NCBI GenBank assembly: GCA_002716355.1
Contig: PBAU01000011.1
Coordinates: 30,001 to 62,000, forward strand
DNA from: a bacterium
GTDB taxonomy: Bacteria; UBP7; UBA6624
Direction: 5' to 3'
Length of the DNA stretch: 32,000 nt
A program made the translations under genes and the position numbers. How positions within the stretch are numbered: position 1 is the stretch's first letter; each line of letters begins with the position of its first letter. Positions 24,953 through 32,000 of the stretch are shown in pieces. Below the pieces are notes generated by a model, which was not told the origin of the DNA, did not search any database, and saw only the letters and a list, made by a program, of their open reading frames with translations.

Positions 24953-26746
24953 TTATTTATTGATCATTTTGGAAAAAGTAGTATTTTTTTTAAGCAAATC
25001 TTTAGGTTTCCCAGAGTCAACAACCTCACCATCTTTCATGAGTATGACGTAATCTGAATGCATAATTTTCTTTGTGTTATGAGTGATCTCAATAACAGTT
25101 TTATTCTCACTGAGTTTCTTTATCACCTTTTCAATCCTTTCTATATTTTCTACATCGAGATGCGAGGAAGGTTCATCTAAAAGAAGGATGGGCGTGTTTA
25201 GGAGATAGGCTCTAGCAAGTGCAATGCGTTGTCTTTGGCCACCGCTCAATGTAGACCCAGCTGTTCCAACTATGGTTTCGTATCCTTTTTCACACTCCAT
25301 AATGAATTCATGAGCGTTTGCATTCTTGCTTGCAATAATAATTTCATCTTCTGAGAATTTTTCTGATCCAATTGAAATGTTTTCTTTAATAGTTGTTGAG
25401 AAAAGGTATGGTTCCTGCGGAACATAGCCTATTATGCTCCTTAGGGAATCAATTTTTATATCTTGTATATTTTGTCCATCGATTTTAATTTCACCTTGAT
25501 CAGATTCCCTTAACCTCATAAGCAATGAAAATAAAGTAGATTTTCCAGAGCCTGAAGGACCCGTTATGCAGACTTTTTGACGAGGTGATATTGATAAATT
25601 GATATCTTTTACCCCTTTCTCGCTTTGGTCATATCTGAAATTTAATGATTTTATGGATATTTCACCGGAACAAGTTTCTTTTTTGATTTCTGTAGTGCCT
25701 TCGTCTTTTACCTCTTCTAGGTTTTCTATATCCATCAATCTTCCTGCTGATATCTGGGCTTCTGCAAGTCTAGCCAATAACGGCCCAAGGATTTTTGATG
25801 GACCCAAAACACCTGAAACTAAAATTGAAAAATAAACTGTGATACCACCTATTGAAGCAACGTCAAACATTGAATATTTAGGATCGATATTGATGTTTAA
25901 AAATTGTGAATTTCCATTTTTCATTTCCCATGCTGCAAGCCATAAAATTGTCCCAAAAATAATACCATTTGCAAGATGCATTGTTGGAACAAGCCAGATT
26001 CTTGAGGCAAAATTTTTCAAATGAACCTTGAACAACTCATTTGCTTTTGTTGAGAATTTGTTTTTTAAATCTTCCTGAATGCGGAATAAGTGCACTAACT
26101 TTATACCCTCTATAGTTTCCCTTGTTATTTCTGTTAATTGACTTAACTTAAATTGAGTTTCTTGTGTGTAGTGTTGTATTTTCGATATACCAATTTTGAA
26201 AATTTTTGCCAATATTGGAACTGTGACAAGAAGTGTGATTGTTAGTCTTGGAGCAACTATAAATAGCACAATTGAGGAAAGCATTATTTTCATAGGAACA
26301 ATTAACAATTCAGAAATTGTGTATGTGAAAAAATCTGAAATTTTGTTAATATCTGCTGACATTCTTGTCAGCATATCACCATGGCGACCCTTTTTTTGAA
26401 ACCAGTAATCTGGTATTTTTAGTAGTTTTTCAAAAATAACTATTCTTAACTTTTTTGAAATACTACCGCCAAACCAGGCAGCCATATATTTTGCAAAATA
26501 AGTGACGAACCCTTGAATAATCCATAATTTGACAATGACCGGTATTAATTCTTCTATTTTTTCTGGATTGGCCTGACCCAAGCCTTCATCTAGGAGTTCT
26601 TGAAGGAAGGTTAAGGCATATATGTTTAAGCCTGTTCCAATTTGAGCAACGATAAATACCATTGCAAAACCTAATGAGAAAGCTTTTAAATTCTTAAATA
26701 AATATTCATTTATTTTTTTCAGTTTTAGGTTTTTATCGTTTTTCAT
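24953..26746 (-). CDS. msbA: ABC exporter, fused 6-TM permease + ATPase, MsbA-like (lipid A flippase candidate)
   Basis: 597 aa. An N-terminal TM domain is followed by Walker A GPSGSGKSTL, signature LSGGQRQRIALARA and Walker B LLLDEPSSHLD. The MsbA assignment rests on context (abuts kdsB with zero spacer, divergent from lpxB). Confidence 0.75.
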   Translation of the reverse strand: MKNDKNLKLKKINEYLFKNLKAFSLGFAMVFIVAQIGTGLNIYALTFLQELLDEGLGQANPEKIEELIPVIVKLWIIQGFVTYFAKYMAAWFGGSISKKLRIVIFEKLLKIPDYWFQKKGRHGDMLTRMSADINKISDFFTYTISELLIVPMKIMLSSIVLFIVAPRLTITLLVTVPILAKIFKIGISKIQHYTQETQFKLSQLTEITRETIEGIKLVHLFRIQEDLKNKFSTKANELFKVHLKNFASRIWLVPTMHLANGIIFGTILWLAAWEMKNGNSQFLNINIDPKYSMFDVASIGGITVYFSILVSGVLGPSKILGPLLARLAEAQISAGRLMDIENLEEVKDEGTTEIKKETCSGEISIKSLNFRYDQSEKGVKDINLSISPRQKVCITGPSGSGKSTLFSLLMRLRESDQGEIKIDGQNIQDIKIDSLRSIIGYVPQEPYLFSTTIKENISIGSEKFSEDEIIIASKNANAHEFIMECEKGYETIVGTAGSTLSGGQRQRIALARAYLLNTPILLLDEPSSHLDVENIERIEKVIKKLSENKTVIEITHNTKKIMHSDYVILMKDGEVVDSGKPKDLLKKNTTFSKMINK

Positions 26747-26796
26747 TTACTTGTTTTTTTTAGAAATCAGGATATTATTACTAAATAATTTTACTT

Positions 26797-27861
26797 GTGA
26801 AAAAGCATATGTTAATACTTGCACCTGATCCTTCAGGTGATTTTATAGCTTCAAGGATAGCGGAAGCATGGATTAGAGCCGGTCAAGGTTCGGTTAAGGC
26901 TTTAGGCGGATCTTTTTTGAAATCTGCAGGTGCTGATGTTTTTGTTTCTCAAGATCCTTTTTCAACAATTGGTTTTGTTGATGCTGTTTTGAATCTGCCA
27001 AAAACATTCAAAGAAGGCAAAAGAATCAAAAAGGAGTTGATTAATTCGTCTGTTTTAGTTATTGTGGACGGCAGATATTTGCTTGAAAGATTTTCCCCTA
27101 TTGCAAAAAAAATGTCAATCCCTGTTGTTTGGGTTGCACCTAGTCCTGACTGGAAAAAAAAGGGGGAAACCTTAAGAACAAAAAAACTAGAGGTTTTGGC
27201 AGATCTTTTGTTGGTTACTGACGAAATGTCTTGGATGGCTTATTCAAATAGCAGGAAAGCTATAAGGGTTAAAAATCCTCATTTTAATATTTCTGAAAAT
27301 AAAGATGAAGGCTTGTTGGGGTTTTTTTTGGGCAGTAGAAAAAAAGAAGTGGAAAGGTTGATGCCAGTTTTTTTGAAACTAGCTGAGCGTTTTAAAACAA
27401 AAAAAATTATTGTCTCTGATGCTTTTGGGTATATTGGGGATAAGTTTAATCAGTTTTCAAATGTTGAGATTAGCAAAGAGGATGCAAAGAAGATAATTCC
27501 TTCATGCAGGGTTGCTGTTGCCTGTAATGGAACCCTTGTCCAGCAATGTGTAGTTTCTAAAACACCTGTTGTTGCGGTGTATAAAACAAGTAATTTGTTG
27601 TGGAATGTTTTAAGTGTTTCTAAACTTTTTGGAAAGACTCCAAAATTTTGGACCCATCCAAATATTTTTGCTGAAAAAGAAATTATTCCAGAAAGAATAC
27701 AGAATCTTTGCAATCCCGACATGCTTGAAAAAGATATTAATGATATGTGGATAAATAAATCTAGATATGTGAATCGGTTTTTGAAAATAACAAATAAATA
27801 TAATTCAGGCTCCACTCTTGCCGAATCTGTTGAAAGTATAAAGACGCTTGCAAATGAATAA
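26797..27861 (+). CDS. lpxB: Lipid-A-disaccharide synthase-like glycosyltransferase (GT19), divergent
   Basis: N-terminal LILAPDPSGDFIASRIAEAW resembles the GE-x-SGD motif. PVVWVAPSPDWKKKGE...LADLLLVTDEMSWMAY resembles the isPqvWAWr...PFE block. Length is typical. The start is either GTG 26797 or ATG 26809. Confidence 0.65.
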   Translation: MKKHMLILAPDPSGDFIASRIAEAWIRAGQGSVKALGGSFLKSAGADVFVSQDPFSTIGFVDAVLNLPKTFKEGKRIKKELINSSVLVIVDGRYLLERFSPIAKKMSIPVVWVAPSPDWKKKGETLRTKKLEVLADLLLVTDEMSWMAYSNSRKAIRVKNPHFNISENKDEGLLGFFLGSRKKEVERLMPVFLKLAERFKTKKIIVSDAFGYIGDKFNQFSNVEISKEDAKKIIPSCRVAVACNGTLVQQCVVSKTPVVAVYKTSNLLWNVLSVSKLFGKTPKFWTHPNIFAEKEIIPERIQNLCNPDMLEKDINDMWINKSRYVNRFLKITNKYNSGSTLAESVESIKTLANE

Positions 27862-28420
27862 TCAGGAAAAACTTAAAGTTTTTACTGATCTTTTAAGGGG
27901 CGCTTCGTGGCGCGCTGTTGGCTGGAGAGATGTTGATCAGATATTAGAGTTAGGGGTTCTCGATTCGCATTATGCTTTTAAGAATTTAGATTTATTTGAA
28001 AAAAAAGAATTTAAATTATGGTTGGATGTTGGTTCAGGTAATGGTTTAAACGCTATTCCGTTGGCTTTGATGTTTCCGGATTGGAAAGGTGTTTTTGTAG
28101 AGAAAAATTTTAAAAAAGCAGATTGGCTGAAGGAAACATTGAATTTTTTAGATATGCATTATGAGGTATTAAATTTTGATGTTCGTAAAATGGTCGAAAA
28201 GCCTGATCGTTATGACGTTATAACTGCAAGAGCTTTATTTCCTCCAAATATTGCATTCAAAACACTTAGTCCATTGTTAAATAAAAATGGTTTTTTAATT
28301 CTTTTTTGCGGAAAAGATGCTAGCGTTGCTTCAAATAAAAAATTTAAAATCATGACACATGACTATGAAATCGATGCTTTTGGAGAGAATAGAAAGCTTA
28401 TTATTGCTATTAAGCTCTAA
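27854..28420 (+). CDS. rsmG: 16S rRNA (guanine527-N7)-methyltransferase RsmG (GidB)
   Basis: SAM motif LDVGSGNGLNAIPLALMFPD, then GVFVEKNFKKADWL and DVITARAL. I prefer ATG 27854 (overlapping the lpxB stop) over the track's TTG at 27848. Confidence 0.85.
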   Translation: MNNQEKLKVFTDLLRGASWRAVGWRDVDQILELGVLDSHYAFKNLDLFEKKEFKLWLDVGSGNGLNAIPLALMFPDWKGVFVEKNFKKADWLKETLNFLDMHYEVLNFDVRKMVEKPDRYDVITARALFPPNIAFKTLSPLLNKNGFLILFCGKDASVASNKKFKIMTHDYEIDAFGENRKLIIAIKL

Positions 28421-28440
28421 TAAAAAATAGAATTTTAACA

Positions 28441-31400
28441 ATGATTTTTGGCTTTAAACAAAATCCTAAAAAAAAGATATTAGCTTTTTTTAAAAAAGGT
28501 AAAAGCGATAGCGCTATAGAGCACCTCGAAAAATCCTGGAGTGAGATAGGCGTTCAAGATCGAGTAGAGATATTAGATTCATGGACTTTAAAGAAATCAG
28601 ATAATGAGATGCAGCAAAAATGGTTATCTTTTGTTGAGAAGCATGCTTCGGACCAAGGCCCTTTGGATGATCTGGAAAGTAAAATCCGCAAAAATGCTGA
28701 TAATGATTATGTTTTTGATTATGAGTTATGGGTTAATTTAGCCAACCAGCATAAAAATGATTTTTTCTTGGTGCTTGCTACTGGAAATGAAATTTTTCCA
28801 TATGGTGATTATTCTTCTTTTTTAAAAAATAAAATCGATCCATTATTTATTTTTTTTATGAGGAGAAGATTAGCTTCTGAGTTAAAAATTTGCAAAGAAT
28901 TATTACCCTTTTTGAAACACCTTGTGAAAGGTGATAAAGATGATATGGTGAAAAATTTATATGTTGAATATTTATTCAAACATAAGATATGGGAACAAAA
29001 AAATATTTCACTTGTGCAAAATTATTTAGTTAAAAATTTTAAGAATACAGATATTTCAGACTGGGCATTCCAGAATCTAAAAGCCCCTCTTTCGGATAAG
29101 TGGTTCGATTTGTTGAAGCGGTCTTTCAAGAGTAAACCTACGTCTTCTAATAAAAAATTACTTGCATGGTGTTGTTTTGAAAAAGGTATATATTTTGAGC
29201 CTTTGGAGGAAGAGATTGCTAACATAGGTATGCAAAATAAAAATACTAGATTGAAAGCAGTTGACATATTGTTGAGGTCAAAAAAACCAACCCCTCAAAC
29301 GGTTAAGCTTTTCTGCCTGTCTTCTTCTGAGTGTCCTTCAAATGAGTTAATTTTGATTTTTTTAATTCAGCATCTTGAAGATGAGAAGTTGTTACACACA
29401 CTTGTTTCTGCAAGAAATATTAATGAGAATTTAATTTCAGAATTTTTTTCAAGATGGAAAAAATCAACTCCAAGTGATTTAAATCTTGTTGTTAGGGTTC
29501 TTCAGCAATCATTATCGTTGGGTTTGAGCTTATCAAAAAATGAATTAAAAATATTCTCTTCTTTAAGAGATCAAAAGGTTCTTTTTTGGCTTGCATCACT
29601 TGGGTTTGTTTCTGAAAATTTTGAATTAGTACAGGATTTAATTGGACGTATGGATAAAAAAATAAAATCTTATTTTGAATACAAGATGAATCTTCATTTT
29701 TCAAACAAGAAATACGATTTCTTGAAAAATCATTTTGATTTCCCTTGGAGCCTTATGGACAAGGCTCAATATCTTGAAAGCATTTCAGAATTCACAAAAG
29801 CAAATGAGATATACAAGGAGGCTTGCGGAACCAAACATTATTCAGGTATATTCGCGAAATTAAAAATGGTAGCTAATGGTGTTGAGGTTTTGACTGATTC
29901 TGATTTCAAAAAAATGAAAAATATTTCAAGTTCAGACTTAGCTGAACTGTTTTTCTTGAATGGTTTGTTTTACGTGGACAAAGGTAACTGGCTGCAATGT
30001 GAAAACTTCTTCAAGAAAGCTTATGAGCAAAAAGAAGATAAACGTTATATAAGTTCTTTAATTGAAATTTATTACAGATGGTCATCGGAATTGATATTGG
30101 AAAAAAAATTATCCAAAGCACAAGCTATTATTGAAAAAGGCCTGTCTATCGGTGATGATCCAAGATTAGTGAAGAATTTGATTTTGACAAATCCTAAAGT
30201 CACATCATGGAATCAAATAAAAAAAATAAAATTAAAAAATATTGAAGACGAATTGTTATCAGATTATTTCTGGATTGCCTGGCGTTCTGGAGATTATAAA
30301 AATGCTGATGCTGCCTTAAAGAGATGCATACCTTTAAGCAAATCTGAGACATTTATTAAAAGAATCGCTCGGTATTATTTAGAAATGCCAATTCCAAAAG
30401 ATGACAGTTTGAAAGGTAAAATTTGGGAAAAATTACATGTTTTGAATCGTCCATGGCTTACTGCTGCTATAGCTGTATCTCAAGATGAAAAACCACCTTT
30501 TCCAAAAGAGGTACCGTCTGGAATTGAAAAATTATTAACAGGTTGGAGTTTAATGCAGATTGGCCAATTAGAAAATGCACAATTTCATTTTTCTAAACTT
30601 TTAAATGGACCTATAAAAAATCTTGGAACTGGCATTAAAAGAGCAAGGTCACATATTGTTTTAGGTTATTGCCTTTTGGCCTGTAGGGATCTTGAATCTG
30701 CGGAAGAGGCGTGGAGCCGAAGTGCTCATTTCGGTATTAGCAATTCCCTTGTTAGCACTTTAAAATTTGTGATTGAACTAGAAAAAGGGGTTAAGAAAGC
30801 TTTGGCTGGAAGAAACCCATTGAAAAATTATGTGAAAGCTTTAAATCATCCAATTACAAAAGATGCTGCCGAAAAAAATTTAGCCATTCATTTTACTTTT
30901 TCAGGAGATTTTTTAAATGCTGGTAAGTATTGGGACAGTCTTGTTGAGAACTTTTCTGAAAAAAAATCCCCAGAAGAAGAGGTTTGGCTTGATATAAGTA
31001 TCCAGATGGCAAGCTATTGTCACAAAATTAAGGATGGGAAAGATATTAATTTGATAGAGATGGCAGCTTTGGAGGATGAGGTTGAAAACATAAAGAAACA
31101 ACTTAAGAGTTATAGAGATTTAGGAGTTGATCCAGGTGTTTCTGAAGATGACTTGGAAAGAGCTTATTTCCAGCGTATCAAAAATTTCACACCTGAAAAA
31201 AATCCAGAAGAATTTCGAAGAATAGAAGAAGCAAGGCAGTTTATTGCAGATCCAGACTTGAGATTAAGGACTGAATTGTTCACTCAGTCTGGCGTAAAAA
31301 AGAATAAACTGCTTCAGTTTTTGTCTTTTTATGAATGTGATCCATTAGATTTTTTTGTTGATCTGGTTGAAAAACCTGATTTTCTTCCTGAATTAACCTT

Positions 31401-31512
31401 TTTCAAAAATTATGATCTTGAACTGCCAGAAAGTAATGAAGCGATCATTAGAAATTCTTTTGCAGAATGCAGGAGAAATGAACCTTTTGAATCGGAGTCT
31501 AATTTCTTTTAA
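28441..31512 (+). CDS. Large cytoplasmic helical-repeat (TPR/HEAT-like) protein with C-terminal degenerate J-like domain
   Basis: 1023 aa with no TM segments, and alpha-helical repeat-like composition throughout. Residues 891-942 (31111-31266), YRDLGVDPGVSEDDLERAYFQRIKNFTPEKNPEEFRRIEEARQFIADPDLR, follow the DnaJ J-domain pattern, but HPD is replaced by TPE. Confidence 0.7.
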   Translation: MIFGFKQNPKKKILAFFKKGKSDSAIEHLEKSWSEIGVQDRVEILDSWTLKKSDNEMQQKWLSFVEKHASDQGPLDDLESKIRKNADNDYVFDYELWVNLANQHKNDFFLVLATGNEIFPYGDYSSFLKNKIDPLFIFFMRRRLASELKICKELLPFLKHLVKGDKDDMVKNLYVEYLFKHKIWEQKNISLVQNYLVKNFKNTDISDWAFQNLKAPLSDKWFDLLKRSFKSKPTSSNKKLLAWCCFEKGIYFEPLEEEIANIGMQNKNTRLKAVDILLRSKKPTPQTVKLFCLSSSECPSNELILIFLIQHLEDEKLLHTLVSARNINENLISEFFSRWKKSTPSDLNLVVRVLQQSLSLGLSLSKNELKIFSSLRDQKVLFWLASLGFVSENFELVQDLIGRMDKKIKSYFEYKMNLHFSNKKYDFLKNHFDFPWSLMDKAQYLESISEFTKANEIYKEACGTKHYSGIFAKLKMVANGVEVLTDSDFKKMKNISSSDLAELFFLNGLFYVDKGNWLQCENFFKKAYEQKEDKRYISSLIEIYYRWSSELILEKKLSKAQAIIEKGLSIGDDPRLVKNLILTNPKVTSWNQIKKIKLKNIEDELLSDYFWIAWRSGDYKNADAALKRCIPLSKSETFIKRIARYYLEMPIPKDDSLKGKIWEKLHVLNRPWLTAAIAVSQDEKPPFPKEVPSGIEKLLTGWSLMQIGQLENAQFHFSKLLNGPIKNLGTGIKRARSHIVLGYCLLACRDLESAEEAWSRSAHFGISNSLVSTLKFVIELEKGVKKALAGRNPLKNYVKALNHPITKDAAEKNLAIHFTFSGDFLNAGKYWDSLVENFSEKKSPEEEVWLDISIQMASYCHKIKDGKDINLIEMAALEDEVENIKKQLKSYRDLGVDPGVSEDDLERAYFQRIKNFTPEKNPEEFRRIEEARQFIADPDLRLRTELFTQSGVKKNKLLQFLSFYECDPLDFFVDLVEKPDFLPELTFFKNYDLELPESNEAIIRNSFAECRRNEPFESESNFF

Positions 31513-31519
31513 TTGATTT

Positions 31520-31960
31520 ATGTCTGATGATTCTTTTTCTTGGAGTTGTTGTGGTTTTAAAGACGATTACCCTAAATCACTTTTCCCTATAGTTTTATCT
31601 TTTGGTATAGCATTTTTTGTAACTTCAGTATATTTTAGTTTTTACGAGGCTTTTTTTTGGGGTTTTATAATGATTTTTTCTTGGATTAATTATTTTATTA
31701 AATTTGATTATCAGATCAACAAGAAGCATGTCAGAATAAATTTTTTCAACAATTCGGTAAAGAAAAATTTGAATAAATTTAAATCAGCACATTTTCATTT
31801 GAAAGGTGTTTATTTATCCCCAACAGCAAAAAAAAGCTTCTATGGCGGCTTAAAGGGTTCATGGATATATTTACCTTCTGATGTTGAGAAAAGGAAAAAG
31901 ATAATCGATATCGTTTCAAAAAAAATCCAAATAGTTAAAAGTCACGATCATATAAATTAG
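31520..31960 (+). CDS. Small membrane protein (2 TM) with possible bacterial PH-like C-terminal domain
   Basis: 146 aa with two hydrophobic helices (LFPIVLSFGIAFFVTSVYFSFY, FFWGFIMIFSWINYFI), then an ~80-aa soluble part. The start is 7 nt after the stop of the 1023-aa gene. The domain guess is weak. Confidence 0.5.
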   Translation: MSDDSFSWSCCGFKDDYPKSLFPIVLSFGIAFFVTSVYFSFYEAFFWGFIMIFSWINYFIKFDYQINKKHVRINFFNNSVKKNLNKFKSAHFHLKGVYLSPTAKKSFYGGLKGSWIYLPSDVEKRKKIIDIVSKKIQIVKSHDHIN

Positions 31961-32000
31961 GATTCCATATTAGGTATTATGTTTAGAAAGATTTTTTCTG

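Noticed and set aside
1-32000. Alternative genetic code (e.g. TGA recoding) as an explanation for the odd start or stop sites.
   Set aside because: All recognisable proteins terminate at expected lengths with TAA, TAG or TGA. TGA is used as a stop in clean ATGA overlaps (15388-15391). No conserved domain is interrupted by an in-frame stop.
1-32000. CRISPR arrays, tRNA/rRNA genes, transposases/integrases, prophage or defence-island signatures.
   Set aside because: The only non-coding stretches longer than ~60 bp are 18166-18246 and 19054-19263. Neither shows repeat-spacer structure or a cloverleaf-like GC pattern. No ORF resembles a recombinase, nuclease-helicase defence module or toxin-antitoxin pair.
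31979-32000. ATG at 31979 opening a new plus-strand ORF (MFRKIFS...).
   Set aside because: Only 7 codons are visible before the window ends, which is too little to call a gene.

Overview
This is an AT-rich (roughly one-third G+C by eye), extremely gene-dense chromosomal segment from a diderm, LPS-making bacterium; I cannot assign a taxon from sequence alone. I support 29 protein-coding genes.

Layout, left to right:
- secA (minus strand, runs off the left edge), preceded by a 778-aa membrane-anchored protein with LptC/LptA (OstA)-like repeats.
- A plus-strand block: KpsS/KpsC-like capsule-family protein, trxA, mnmA, and a type-I phosphodiesterase/alkaline-phosphatase-family enzyme.
- An ~18-kb run of minus-strand genes with almost no spacers: msbA-like, kdsB, tolC-like, macA-like, and a split macB (ATPase plus permease). 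Then two tandem paralogous outer-membrane beta-barrel candidates, meaB-like, a stand-alone B12-binding mutase subunit, and a split membrane/spermidine-synthase-like pair. Then icmF, an SDR epimerase/dehydratase, a peroxiredoxin, a hypothetical, a small DUF465-like ORF missing from the ORF track, and an ankyrin-repeat lipoprotein.
- A plus-strand block: lpxB-like, rsmG, a 1023-aa helical-repeat protein with a degenerate J-domain, and a small 2-TM protein.

I saw no rRNA, tRNA, CRISPR array, transposase/integrase or recognisable defence or toxin module, and only one clear intrinsic terminator in 32 kb. The window is mostly housekeeping and envelope biogenesis.

The parts I consider most worth a second look:
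1. The unrecognised tandem OMP pair, one copy Lys-free, Trp/Met/Asp/Gly-rich and much more GC-rich than its surroundings.
2. The giant multi-OstA-like protein whose stop overlaps the secA start.
3. Orphan MeaB and B12-subunit genes next to a self-sufficient IcmF.
4. The 1023-aa protein with an HPD-less J-like domain.
5. A phosphodiesterase whose conserved N-terminus lies upstream of any canonical start codon.

All functional calls come from motif recognition by eye, not from searches.
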